Shown one piece after another: positions 36,750-46,221 of a stretch of DNA of 64,000 nt. Source of the stretch: Candidatus Undinarchaeota archaeon (GTDB lineage: Archaea; Undinarchaeota; Undinarchaeia; Undinarchaeales; JALTGF01); NCBI GenBank assembly GCA_964574035.1, contig CAZNLD010000001.1, positions 16,220-80,219 of the forward strand, in the 5' to 3' direction. The notes under the pieces are model-generated. The model searched no databases, was not told the origin of the DNA, and saw only the letters and a list, made by a program, of their open reading frames with translations. Both the position numbers and the translations under genes were made by a program. Each line of letters starts with the position of its first letter. Within the stretch, counting starts at the first letter, position 1.

Positions 36750-37415
36750 TTATGAGGGAGGGAACGGAGGCGGTGGTAATTCTCCTTCTTCTAATTCAGG
36801 TCTTTTTCTTGCCGGCGCTCTCTGCTGTTGAGGAGCGGTTCTCTCACTCCTTGGTTCAGGTCCTCTTCGTTGAGCCGGAGCTCTGCTCGACGTCTTTTTG
36901 GACTGTGTTCTTAAATCCTTTTCTATTAATTTAAGTAAATGTTGAGTCTGCTTGTTTTGTTCAATAGTTGCTTGGAGAGCACTTCTGATTCCGTTCATCT
37001 GTTTTGAAATTATTTCTCCAACCTCTGTTTCTTCAGCGCCTTCAATCTCTGCTGCCTGAGAAAAATAATCAAGAATTTTAGTAAGTTTATTTGAAAGTAG
37101 CTTGTTAGTTTTGTTCATTGAATCCAAAGCTTCTTGAAGTTTAGATGAAAGCTCCTTGTTAGTTCTTGAAACTTCCTTTACCATTTTCTGAGAGTTTTTG
37201 AGGAGTTCCATAACTTTCGGCATGAATTCTTCGACTGTTTTTCCAAACTTTGAAGCCCCCACTGAACCTCTAATTGCATTTCTGATTTCGTCAATTTCCT
37301 TTTCAAGATTTTCGCTTTTTTCTTCTGATTTAGAATATGTTTCTGTGGGAACTATCTCATAATATTCGTCCTCGTTTTTTGTTTGCTTTGGCATACTCTG
37401 GTTTAAAGAATACAC
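36750..37415 (-). CDS. Coiled-coil protein with a basic/Pro-rich C-terminus. First gene of the pilin operon.
   Basis: 221 aa. Predicted long alpha-helical coiled coil. C-terminal ...ELPPPPFPPS. Confidence 0.4.
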   Translation of the reverse strand: MYSLNQSMPKQTKNEDEYYEIVPTETYSKSEEKSENLEKEIDEIRNAIRGSVGASKFGKTVEEFMPKVMELLKNSQKMVKEVSRTNKELSSKLQEALDSMNKTNKLLSNKLTKILDYFSQAAEIEGAEETEVGEIISKQMNGIRSALQATIEQNKQTQHLLKLIEKDLRTQSKKTSSRAPAQRRGPEPRSERTAPQQQRAPARKRPELEEGELPPPPFPPS

Positions 37416-37419
37416 ATAT

Positions 37420-37570
37420 TTAAAGTTTGCTTAAAGGATGGACGTTAGATATTAGACAATAGACAATGGAGATGTGGCTAGTAGCAGTTAATGAGCACTA
37501 CTGACTTTGATGTCTATCATCCATTATCGATTGCCTATTGTCGATGCTCTATCGTCGATTGTCTATACAA
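37420..37570. repeat. Variant copy C of the dispersed repeat. AGACAAT heptamers lie on the left and an eight-unit TGTCNAT array on the right (37511-37568). The centre has a hairpin-like AGTAGcagttaatgagcaCTACT in place of the CAGCTG core.
   Basis: The heptamers share the consensus of copies A and B (TGTCTAT CATCCAT TATCGAT TGCCTAT TGTCGAT GCTCTAT CGTCGAT TGTCTAT). Confidence 0.55.
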
Positions 37571-39238
37571 TCACATCATGCCAGGCATTCCGGCAGGCAT
37601 TCCGCCTCCGCCTGGTCCTGGTGGAGCGCCGCCTCCGCCGCCGTCGCCTTTGCCAAGTTCTTTGGCTGAAATGATATCATCGATTCTCAAAATCATTTCT
37701 GCAGCTTCAGATGCGCTTTTGATAGCCTGAGTTTTAATTTTCAAGGGTTCAACTACACCGTCCTTGAACATGTCTCTTATTTCTCCCTTGAGAACATCCA
37801 GACCATACCACTTATTGCTTTTCTTCTCATGTGCATTTCTCATTTCAACAAGTTTGTCAATTGGGTCAAGACCTGCGTTTTCAGCTAGACTTCTTGGAAT
37901 TATTTCAAGTGCGTCTGCGAATGCTGACAGTGCAAGCTGTTCCCTGCCTTCGACTTTTTCAGCTTCGGCTCTCACTCTTTTTACAAGTTCTACTTCAACT
38001 GCGCCTCCGCCTCCGACAACCTTGCCGGTCGTGATAGCTACTGAAACGCCTCCTATTGCGTCTTCAAGTGCTCTTTCAACTTCATCAACAACATGGTCTG
38101 TTCCTCCTCGGATAAGGACTGAGACTGCTTTTGGACTCTTACAGTCGGTTACGAAAACCATTTCGTCTCCAGCAACCTTCTTTTCTTCAACTATTCCTGC
38201 CTTTCCAAGGTCAGCTTCTGAAAGGTCGTCCAGGCTCGAAATAACCTTTCCGCCTGTAGCTCTTGCAAGCTTCTGCATGTCGCTTTTCTTTACCCTTCTG
38301 ACTGCAAAAATTCCCTGCTTGGCAAAATAGTGCTGAGCTAAATCACCTATTCCTTTCTGGCAGAAAAGTACATTTGCTCCGGTTTTCTTAACCAAGTCAA
38401 CCATTTCTTTCAGCATTCCCTCTTCCTGACTTAAGAAATCCTTGAGTTTTGCAGGATCGGTTATCTGAATTTCTGCTTCAGTTTCAGTCTCCTTGATTTC
38501 AATTGCGGAGTCAACAAGAGCGATTTTTGCGTTCTTCATATGTTTAGGCATAGAAGAGTGGACTCTTTCTTTGTCTATGATAAGTCCTTTTATTAGTTTA
38601 GAATCGTCTATGCTTCCTCCGTCTCTTTTTTCAAGTTTTATGTTATCTGTATCGACTTCGAATTTACCTCCATCTTTTTCAGCTACAAGTGAAACTGCTT
38701 CTACCGCGAGATTTGCAAGCATGTCTCTTGCTCTCTCCGCTGATTTTCCAGTCATTGCAGTCATTGCAACTTTTTCAAGTAGTTCTTTGTCTTCTGGAGA
38801 AATCGTTTCGGAAAGCTCTTCCAGAATTTCCTGAGCTTTTTCATTCGCCATTCTGTAACCGTGAACGATTACCGTTGGGTGAATGTTCTGCTCAAGAAGT
38901 TCTTCTGCTTTCTTAAGAAGTTCTCCTGCAATTACTACTGCAGAAGTTGTTCCGTCTCCAACTTCTTCTTCCTGCGCCTGGGAAACTTCAACCAGCATCT
39001 TAGCTGAAGGATGCTGAATATCCATTTCTCGTAAAATAGTGGCGCCGTCATTAGTGATTACGATATCACCAAGATTATCAACAAGCATCTTGTCCATTCC
39101 TTTTGGACCAAGAGTTGTTCTTACTGACTCGGCTACTATTCTTCCGGCCAGTATGTTCATTCTCTGCGCGTCACGGCCCATAGTCCGCTGCGCCTGATCT
39201 GACATAACTACAACAGGTTTTCCTGTTAATTGTGCCAT
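37571..39238 (-). CDS. ths: Thermosome (group II chaperonin) subunit.
   Basis: [14 protein letters not shown]-binding GDGTTS. C-terminal GGM-type tail ([22 protein letters not shown]). The start is reassigned to [11 protein letters not shown], which is preceded by GGAGGTG. Confidence 0.9.
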   Translation of the reverse strand: MAQLTGKPVVVMSDQAQRTMGRDAQRMNILAGRIVAESVRTTLGPKGMDKMLVDNLGDIVITNDGATILREMDIQHPSAKMLVEVSQAQEEEVGDGTTSAVVIAGELLKKAEELLEQNIHPTVIVHGYRMANEKAQEILEELSETISPEDKELLEKVAMTAMTGKSAERARDMLANLAVEAVSLVAEKDGGKFEVDTDNIKLEKRDGGSIDDSKLIKGLIIDKERVHSSMPKHMKNAKIALVDSAIEIKETETEAEIQITDPAKLKDFLSQEEGMLKEMVDLVKKTGANVLFCQKGIGDLAQHYFAKQGIFAVRRVKKSDMQKLARATGGKVISSLDDLSEADLGKAGIVEEKKVAGDEMVFVTDCKSPKAVSVLIRGGTDHVVDEVERALEDAIGGVSVAITTGKVVGGGGAVEVELVKRVRAEAEKVEGREQLALSAFADALEIIPRSLAENAGLDPIDKLVEMRNAHEKKSNKWYGLDVLKGEIRDMFKDGVVEPLKIKTQAIKSASEAAEMILRIDDIISAKELGKGDGGGGGAPPGPGGGGMPAGMPGMM

Positions 39239-39400
39239 AAGATACACCTCCAAATTTAATAATTTTAAGTGTGAATAATCTATTAGAGGTAATATATAAG
39301 TGTTTCTATTTTGTGCATTATTTAAGGTCATAGAATAGATGAGTACTGTTCTTTGTGAAGTTATCTAAAAACCTTTATATAAAGTGATAGCGGTTAATAA

Positions 39401-39898
39401 ATGATGAAAAGAAAAAAGAAAGAAACCATAAATCCAATTATTTTAGCAATAAGCGTAATAACATTATTTGTGTTCATAATTTCTTTTGCCGTATTTTATG
39501 CAAAAGAAACGTTTTCTCCAGTCTGTGGATGCACACTTCCGATATGGGTCATACTTATTTCAATTGCATCATTTGGAATGTTTACCGGCTCGCTGGTATA
39601 TTATTTGCTTAATAAAAATGTATTGGACCTACTAATAGATGTTAATAAAACAGAAAAACCTATCAATAAACTTTTAAACTTTTTAGAAGGAGATGAAAAA
39701 AATATTTTAGAATTTATTATAAATAATTCCGGAGAGGTTAATCAAAGTAGAATATCAAAAGAGTTGGATACAGATAGAGTTAAAACGTCCAGAGTAATAA
39801 GTAAACTAGAGAAAAAAGGAATCGTTAAAAAAGAAGAAAAGGGAATGACCAATCGGATAACACTAGATGGAGATTTAAAAAAGTTCTTTAAGAAATAG
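39401..39898 (+). CDS. Membrane-anchored winged-helix (MarR/TrmB-like) transcription regulator.
   Basis: Two N-terminal TM helices containing PVCGCTLP. C-terminal wHTH (ILEFIINNSGEVNQSRISKELDTDRVKTSRVISKLEKKGIV). Confidence 0.5.
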   Translation: MMKRKKKETINPIILAISVITLFVFIISFAVFYAKETFSPVCGCTLPIWVILISIASFGMFTGSLVYYLLNKNVLDLLIDVNKTEKPINKLLNFLEGDEKNILEFIINNSGEVNQSRISKELDTDRVKTSRVISKLEKKGIVKKEEKGMTNRITLDGDLKKFFKK

Positions 39899-39954
39899 TT
39901 GTTTCAAAATATGAAACCAACATTTATAAAGAGTTTCAGATCATTAAAGAATCA

Positions 39955-41187
39955 ATGAACAAGTTATTGACTGCAATAATATTGGTATTCTTTTTAACCA
40001 GCCTTGTTGCTCCAATCAGTGCAGAGCAGTTTAGTTCTGTAGAAAACAATTTTAGTTCTGTAGAGGATAATGAAAATCTGACGGAAGAAAATGAAGTTAT
40101 AATTAATTATTTTTATCAAAGCGGATGTCCTTATTGTAGTAAACAGGAAGTTTTTTTTGAAGAGCTTGAAGAAAAATATCCGGAAATAACTATTTATAAG
40201 CATGACATTGCAAAAAGAAGTTCAATAGAAAAACTAGATGTCCTCATAGAAGCATATGAGCTGGAATTAGATAGAGTAGGGGTCCCGATGACATTTATTG
40301 AAGGTGAATTCTTCATGGGCTATCATTCGTCTATTGGAGAAGAAATTGAAAATATTGTTGAAAATAAACTCGGAGAACCAGTTGAAAATGAAGAGATAAA
40401 TGAGGGAACAAAAGAAGATTTAGAGAAAGAAGAGGATAAAACACACCTCCCAATTATAGGAGAGATTGATCTTTCAAGATTTTCGCTGCCAGCCATAACA
40501 TTCACTCTTGGTTCGCTGGACGGCATGAATGTATGCAGTATAGGAGCGCTGATTTTAATTCTTGCAATTGTTGTTAAGTTCGATTCAAGAAAGAAGATAC
40601 TGCTCTACGGAGGACTATTCATATTAACCACTGCAATAGTGTATGGCTTGCTTGTTTTTGCCTGGTATGGGATCATAAAATCACTTTTTGCATATATATC
40701 CTTCTTAAGTCTTTTAATTGGACTGGCGGGCATCATAGGAGGAATCTATTTTTTCAAAATGTTTTTAACATTTTACAAATACGGGCCTACCTGTAAAGTT
40801 AAGAAAAATAAATACATCACTGCAATTCAGAAAAAAGTTAATTCAGTTCTTGAGGATCCTGAAAAAGGGTTCTTTGCGGTAGCCAGTGTCTTAATTATTT
40901 TTGCCATTGCCGTTACAATAATTGAACTCCCGTGTTCATTTGCACTTCCCTTAATCTTTTCAGGGATTTTAGCAGATGCTGCACTGCCTGCGATATCATC
41001 TATATTCTACATTATCACTTACTTGTTCTTTTACATGCTTATTGAAATAATAATATTCCTTGGAGCAGTTTATACAAAAGAACTCTGGTACGGTCCGGGA
41101 AAATCAGTTACATGGGTTACACTTCTTGCATCCCTCATTTTATTTGGACTCGGCTTTTACTATATTTCTCATCTTCTTCCGGTTTAA
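39955..41187 (+). CDS. Fusion of a secreted thioredoxin-fold domain (CPYC) and a CcdA/DsbD-type thiol-disulfide transporter domain.
   Basis: Signal peptide. Redox motif YFYQSGCPYCSKQ. Polytopic C-terminal domain with the two conserved TM cysteines (MNVCSIGAL and ELPCSFALP). Confidence 0.55.
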   Translation: MNKLLTAIILVFFLTSLVAPISAEQFSSVENNFSSVEDNENLTEENEVIINYFYQSGCPYCSKQEVFFEELEEKYPEITIYKHDIAKRSSIEKLDVLIEAYELELDRVGVPMTFIEGEFFMGYHSSIGEEIENIVENKLGEPVENEEINEGTKEDLEKEEDKTHLPIIGEIDLSRFSLPAITFTLGSLDGMNVCSIGALILILAIVVKFDSRKKILLYGGLFILTTAIVYGLLVFAWYGIIKSLFAYISFLSLLIGLAGIIGGIYFFKMFLTFYKYGPTCKVKKNKYITAIQKKVNSVLEDPEKGFFAVASVLIIFAIAVTIIELPCSFALPLIFSGILADAALPAISSIFYIITYLFFYMLIEIIIFLGAVYTKELWYGPGKSVTWVTLLASLILFGLGFYYISHLLPV

Positions 41188-41228
41188 GAATCTCTTAAAA
41201 ACCATTTTAATCAGTTATTGAAGGTATA

Positions 41229-41873
41229 TTGGAAATGCTTAAAAATAAGAAGGAGCACAAACTAGTTATGAGTAAAAAAATAATAGGGATCGGACTTGTA
41301 ATTGTAATAGCGCTATTTTTAATTCTGCTAAATAAACCACCATTAACGGATCATATCACGACATCTCCCGATAGTTTGGAAAATGAAATGAAACTGGGCT
41401 ACTGCCCTACGGTGAAAGAAGAAGCCATTGCTCTTTCAAAGGAAAAGAATTATGAATTAATGGAATTGAACTCTGCATCTGAAGTATTAGCTCTATTAAA
41501 TAAAAAAGAAATTGATGCTGTTTTAATTGGAAGAAAAGCTGTCCAGTTTGAGATTACAGAAGAAGTAAAAGAAACAATAATCAAACCAGGACACACACTA
41601 ATTTCAAAGGAAAAGGCAATTATTGACTATTCAAACCTGCAAGGTATCGAGATACATACTTATTTAACTAAGGAAACTGCTGAATCAATCATTCCTGAAT
41701 ATGCTCAAATAATCTATCATTCAACAAAGGAAGAAGCAATAAGCAAAACCCTTGAAGAAGAAGTTGTTTTGATTTCCTGGGACGATTGGAAAGATGATTT
41801 TGGACTATTGGTTGTTATGAATAAAAATGAAAAAGTTAAGGATTTTAGAGGCGTCTTTTTATATGAAAATTAA
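41229..41873 (+). CDS. Hypothetical membrane-anchored protein. The start is possibly the internal Met MSKKIIG.
   Basis: N-terminal TM IIGIGLVIVIALFLILL. No recognised domain. Confidence 0.4.
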   Translation: MEMLKNKKEHKLVMSKKIIGIGLVIVIALFLILLNKPPLTDHITTSPDSLENEMKLGYCPTVKEEAIALSKEKNYELMELNSASEVLALLNKKEIDAVLIGRKAVQFEITEEVKETIIKPGHTLISKEKAIIDYSNLQGIEIHTYLTKETAESIIPEYAQIIYHSTKEEAISKTLEEEVVLISWDDWKDDFGLLVVMNKNEKVKDFRGVFLYEN

Positions 41874-41885
41874 AAAAGTTATAAA

Positions 41886-42107
41886 TCACGTCTTTTCGGC
41901 ATAGCCGAGCCGTTTGGTTTCTCGGGCAAACCGTTCTAAGTCTTGTGGTTCTCCCGCAACCCGCATTTTGCAGTCAAAATTTCCTTTTATATCCAGCTTT
42001 AGATCGTCTTTCACTATAGAAAGACCGACCTGCTTGTACTTTCTTTCAATTAAGTCCAGAACATCCTGCTTTCTGAACTTTTTAACGTGTATTTCTTTGC
42101 TTACCAT
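41886..42107 (-). CDS. Small hypothetical protein (73 aa).
   Basis: ORF only. Confidence 0.3.
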   Translation of the reverse strand: MVSKEIHVKKFRKQDVLDLIERKYKQVGLSIVKDDLKLDIKGNFDCKMRVAGEPQDLERFARETKRLGYAEKT

Positions 42108-42130
42108 AAATTCAAATAGGCTTTCCAGAT

Positions 42131-43048
42131 TTAATAATCTTCCTCAAACTCTTTTAAGATTTTCAAAAGTTCTTTCGATGAAACTACATCTTCAAACTCT
42201 TCTGTTTTAAAAACCGGCACTCCTGAAAGTATCTTTCTTTTTACTTTTTGAAGAACGAACATTCCATGCTGGTCCAGTGTTTTTCTTGCCCTTTGTATAT
42301 CTCCGGCTTTCTTTTCAACTGCTTTTGAATTTGTACCGGTAAGAAGAATATCTTGTTTATTCCTACCTATTACTTTGAAAGACGCTTTTCTTACAATCGT
42401 TGTCTTAAACCCAAGTTCACCTAGATGTTTAGTTATCTGTTTTTCCTCTTCCAGAACATTATGCGATTCAACTTCTCTCTCTTTCGGCTTAAAAATATCA
42501 ATTGTTTCAAGAAGAATATCCCCAATAGCGTCCTGAAGTCTCATAATATTATCAATTTCTGCGCCTTTGCCCCTTTCATATTTTATAATTGAGGATTTTG
42601 AAACTCCTGCTTCTCTTGCTAAATCTCCAAGTGAAAGATTTTTCTTGGACCTGATTTCTTTCAGGAAGTCTGAATCAATAGTTGCATAATATCCTCCTTT
42701 CTTTGCATAAACAAAAGGAAACTTTTTACTGACAATTGTTTCAGAAAATGTTTCAAAGTTAACAGCAGGAATTGAATGTCTCTCATACATCGTCTTTTCC
42801 TTCATATAATTTCCACTCGCCATTAATCCGACAATTAAAGGAGCTGCATCCATCACATTTGCAACTCTTTTCATATCTTCAGCCTGCTCAGGATAAAAAG
42901 AATCAATATTTGTTAAAACCTTAATTAGTAAAACTTCTTTTCCTTTTGCAAGAACATCAAAGCACCCTGGGCAGAACTGCTGGGCTACTTCAAATCCGGA
43001 TTCTTCCAGCAAATTTATTACCTTTTCAAGCAGTTTATCTCTAAGCAT
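42131..43048 (-). CDS. Archaeal putative transcription regulator with a central XRE-type HTH (COG1395-like).
   Basis: 305 aa. HTH_3 segment KKNLSLGDLAREAGVSKSSIIKYERG. Confidence 0.5.
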   Translation of the reverse strand: MLRDKLLEKVINLLEESGFEVAQQFCPGCFDVLAKGKEVLLIKVLTNIDSFYPEQAEDMKRVANVMDAAPLIVGLMASGNYMKEKTMYERHSIPAVNFETFSETIVSKKFPFVYAKKGGYYATIDSDFLKEIRSKKNLSLGDLAREAGVSKSSIIKYERGKGAEIDNIMRLQDAIGDILLETIDIFKPKEREVESHNVLEEEKQITKHLGELGFKTTIVRKASFKVIGRNKQDILLTGTNSKAVEKKAGDIQRARKTLDQHGMFVLQKVKRKILSGVPVFKTEEFEDVVSSKELLKILKEFEEDY

Positions 43049-43076
43049 ATTTGAAATGTAAGAAAACTCCTATTAA

Positions 43077-43715
43077 TTATTTTTGCACGACTATACACAT
43101 GTGGTCTTTTTCATACGGATTCAATTTTATCTTTTCTTTAACTTTGAAATCAACTGAAAGGTCTGCAATAACTTTGTTGAAAACTTTCTGGGGTTCTTTT
43201 GTCACATCTATACTTCTTGCCTTAACCATAAGATAGCCAATTCCATCTTTTTTCAGGAATTTTTCTGCATTCTTTTTAAAAATATCAACCTGGAATGACT
43301 GAGCAACATCTTCATATAAAACATCTGCTTTGGAAACTCTGCCTGCATATTCCTCCGGATTATTTGCATCTGCCAGAATCGGCATTAAATTTTTCCTTTC
43401 CTTTGAAACTGCATGTAAATCAATAACTGCTCTTGGTGAAAACTCAACGCAGTAAATCTGTCCTTTCGTACAGATATCCGATAAATGAGATGCAGTCGTT
43501 CCGTTCCCTGCTCCTAAATAAAGAACAGAAGTATCTTCTTTGAAAGAAAAGGTTCTGAGATTTTTTACTAATGCAGTTCCTAGTTTTGACCGGTATGGAT
43601 TCCAGATTCGGTATTCTTTTCCGCTTTTCTTTGCAGTTCTTTCTCCGTAAACTTTCTTTCCTGGATTTAAGTTAAGTGTTCCATATTGTTTTCCAAATTT
43701 TTCTAATTTTTTCAT
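43077..43715 (-). CDS. flpA: Fibrillarin (rRNA/tRNA 2'-O-methyltransferase).
   Basis: 212 aa. SAM-binding VLYLGAGNGTTASHLSDI. Adjacent to nop5. Confidence 0.85.
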   Translation of the reverse strand: MKKLEKFGKQYGTLNLNPGKKVYGERTAKKSGKEYRIWNPYRSKLGTALVKNLRTFSFKEDTSVLYLGAGNGTTASHLSDICTKGQIYCVEFSPRAVIDLHAVSKERKNLMPILADANNPEEYAGRVSKADVLYEDVAQSFQVDIFKKNAEKFLKKDGIGYLMVKARSIDVTKEPQKVFNKVIADLSVDFKVKEKIKLNPYEKDHMCIVVQK

Positions 43716-44614
43716 TTTTTCCTCAATTTTTTAACTTCTTCATTCAATTCTTTTCTAAGAGCTTTACCCATGAACTTTCCTTCAAAATAATCTCTTCTTA
43801 TTGCAATTGCTATTTTGCCTGCAATTTTTCTTGCAACTTTTCCCCTCAAATGTTTTGGCGCCATCTGAAGTAAAGGATGATTCAAAATTATGCCATGTTT
43901 CGGCGGTTTTGTTCCTTCTTTTAAATGTCTGAAAAGAGCTTTTTCAGCTCCCAAAACTTGTATAGTGCTTGAAGGAAGTCTTGCAAGCCTCTTTGCAGAG
44001 CCGACCGCTGCAAGTAGTTCCGCCCCTACTTTGGCTCCAGCAACTGCATTTAAATTTTTGAAATTCTGCTGCATTAATGATTCAAGATAGTTTGCAAGGT
44101 CGTCTTTTGCCTTGTAAGAATTTTTTACAAACTTTGCAAATCGCTTGAGTTCTTTTTCATCCTGTTCATTGAAATCCCCTGCAACAGTATCCTTTGGCTT
44201 CTCCTGAACAGCTACTTTTGCAAATGAAGAATGATTTGAAACCTGCATGCTTAATTCAGGATAGTAAAGATTATACCACTCTCTCAATCTTTCAGAATAC
44301 AAATTCAAAGATTCTTCAAGCTCATCCAAAGCATTTGAAACCTGAATAATTTTGAAATCTGGTTTTGACAAAGCTTCCTTTAAATCAAGTTTTGTAAGCT
44401 CCATATTGAATTTATGCATAAAATCAGAAAAATTAAATCCGTATTTTGAAAATAAATTTTGAAGCTCCTGTTTAGATAAAACCTCGCCTGTTTGTTCTTT
44501 ATTTTTGAATTGTTCTGCTGCTTTCTCCGGATTCTTCGAAAATGCTTCTTTTTTTACTAAATTGCCGTCTTTTTTCTCAAAAACTCCTATCGGAGTTATT
44601 ATTTTAATGGCCAT
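43712..44614 (-). CDS. nop5: Nop5 (Nop56/58 homologue) of the box C/D sRNP.
   Basis: 300 aa. Nop domain LNAVAGAKVGAELLAAVGS...LAR. Short coiled-coil type. Confidence 0.8.
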   Translation of the reverse strand: MAIKIITPIGVFEKKDGNLVKKEAFSKNPEKAAEQFKNKEQTGEVLSKQELQNLFSKYGFNFSDFMHKFNMELTKLDLKEALSKPDFKIIQVSNALDELEESLNLYSERLREWYNLYYPELSMQVSNHSSFAKVAVQEKPKDTVAGDFNEQDEKELKRFAKFVKNSYKAKDDLANYLESLMQQNFKNLNAVAGAKVGAELLAAVGSAKRLARLPSSTIQVLGAEKALFRHLKEGTKPPKHGIILNHPLLQMAPKHLRGKVARKIAGKIAIAIRRDYFEGKFMGKALRKELNEEVKKLRKK

Positions 44615-44672
44615 TGCCTGTTAATAATGAACAGTAAGACTTAAATGCTTTACTTTGGTATTAGAAAGTGAT

Positions 44673-44897
44673 ATGGGAAATATTAAACATACCTTCATAA
44701 AAAGAACCGGAAATGAAATATATGAAAAATATACTGAAAGAGTCAGCGACGACTTTGATAAGAATAAAGCGCTATTAAATGAGCTAATTGAAAGCGGAGT
44801 TCTTGAATGCAGAAGTAAAACTCTCAGAAATAAATTAGCCGGATATTTATCAACAAAAGAAGGAGAAGGCGCCTCCTATATAAAAACAGCGTCGTAA
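44673..44897 (+). CDS. rps17e: Ribosomal protein S17e.
   Basis: MGNIKHTFIKRTGNEIYEKY...DFDKNK matches the S17e N-terminus. The start is chosen at the internal Met. Confidence 0.6.
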   Translation: MGNIKHTFIKRTGNEIYEKYTERVSDDFDKNKALLNELIESGVLECRSKTLRNKLAGYLSTKEGEGASYIKTAS

Positions 44898-44899
44898 AA

Positions 44900-45580
44900 A
44901 TGAAAGCAGTTCTGAAAATAGGCGGGTCCGTAATTGCAGAAGAGCCACTTAAATTAGATATAAAAAAACTTGTTCAATTTCTTAAAAAGTGGTCTAAAAA
45001 CCACGAACTGACCGTAGTTGTAGGCGGAGGAAGAACTTCAAGAGCTCTTGATACGGTAGCCAGAAGTTTTACTGACAAAGAAGAACTTTTAGACAATGTA
45101 GGAATTTATGCTTCAAGACTTAATGCTTCTGTTTTAATTGCAGCGCTGGATGGAAAAGCATGCAGTAAGATACCCAGAAATGAAAAAGAATTTTCAAAAC
45201 TTTCAGAGGACTTTAAAGGAAAGATTATTGTTTCAGGAGGATTCAGGCCAGGACAGAGAACAGATGCAGTTTCAGTTCAAATTGCAAAAACATGGGGAGC
45301 AGATACAGTTTTCAAATGCACAAATGTAGATTATGTTTATGATAAAGACCCTTTAACTAATCCGGACGCAAAACCAATTGAAAAAATGACTTTTAAGACA
45401 TTAAGAAAACTTGCGGATAAGACCGAAAAAGCGAATTCGCCTACAATTATGGATAAGGTTGCTGCAGATATGCTTTTAGAAGAAGATATAAAACTCATAG
45501 TCCTTGATGGAAGAAATCTTAGTAATATTGGAAAGGCTTTGAACGGGAAAGAATTCAGGGGAACCAAAATAGGATTTTAG
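44900..45580 (+). CDS. pyrH: Uridylate (UMP) kinase, archaeal type.
   Basis: 226 aa. Amino-acid-kinase fold MKAVLKIGGSVI, VVVGGGRTSR, GGFRPGQRTDAV, NVDYVYDKDP. Confidence 0.7.
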   Translation: MKAVLKIGGSVIAEEPLKLDIKKLVQFLKKWSKNHELTVVVGGGRTSRALDTVARSFTDKEELLDNVGIYASRLNASVLIAALDGKACSKIPRNEKEFSKLSEDFKGKIIVSGGFRPGQRTDAVSVQIAKTWGADTVFKCTNVDYVYDKDPLTNPDAKPIEKMTFKTLRKLADKTEKANSPTIMDKVAADMLLEEDIKLIVLDGRNLSNIGKALNGKEFRGTKIGF

Positions 45581-45867
45581 GATTTTATTTTAGGAATAGG
45601 GACATATTCCAATCTGGATCTCCCCAAATGCAGAGACGCTGAATAAAGAGCACTAACCGTTTCCTTAATTTCCCTATAATTTGAGAGATCCGAATAATGT
45701 CCCGGTAAGTTTATTTTAAAATCAATAGAATAGTTAATTTTCCTTTTTGGATTTAAATCCAATTTGCCTTCAATTAAGTTTTTGCCAGACTCACTTAAAA
45801 TATACTTCTGGCCCCGTTTAGTACTGCCGTGTTTTCTAACTGCACGTATTCCTTCAGTTATTTTCAA
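45577..45867 (-). CDS. Hypothetical small protein (96 aa), translationally coupled to the upstream gene.
   Basis: ATGA overlap with the 45864..46151 gene. Confidence 0.3.
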   Translation of the reverse strand: MKITEGIRAVRKHGSTKRGQKYILSESGKNLIEGKLDLNPKRKINYSIDFKINLPGHYSDLSNYREIKETVSALYSASLHLGRSRLEYVPIPKIKS

Positions 45868-46151
45868 GTGCCGTGATGTTGTACGATAAACCTGTGCTTG
45901 GAGTTTTTTGTAATTTTTGTTTGTTTTACTTCCTTTGAACGTTTCAATTTTCTAAGAAATATAAAAGAATCTAAAACCTTCTCTGAAATTTTGGTAAATG
46001 TATAATGTTCATCTTCTAAATACAATATTGTCAAAAAGGCAGAAGGAAATGCAAACTGGTATTCTCCCTGCTTTGCAATGGGCTTTAAATATGAAATACA
46101 GTTCTTAACTACCTGCGGCCAGATTTTAAGATATTTATTTGGTTCAACCAT
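45864..46151 (-). CDS. Hypothetical small protein (95 aa) ending in an Rx4H motif (RFIVQHHGT), which is HEPN-like.
   Basis: The C-terminal R-x4-H resembles the HEPN (DUF86) catalytic motif. Weak evidence. Confidence 0.3.
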   Translation of the reverse strand: MVEPNKYLKIWPQVVKNCISYLKPIAKQGEYQFAFPSAFLTILYLEDEHYTFTKISEKVLDSFIFLRKLKRSKEVKQTKITKNSKHRFIVQHHGT

Positions 46152-46221
46152 AAAGTAATTATTGTTAAATTACTATAAAATATTTAGGAAAGAAATATGA
46201 GTAGTTGAAAACAAAAAAAAC

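Noticed and set aside
37764-38916. Plus-strand ORFs of 188, 67, 113 and 75 aa
   Set aside because: They are antisense to the thermosome gene. Their Ser/Leu-rich low-complexity translations are mirror frames of a strongly supported gene.
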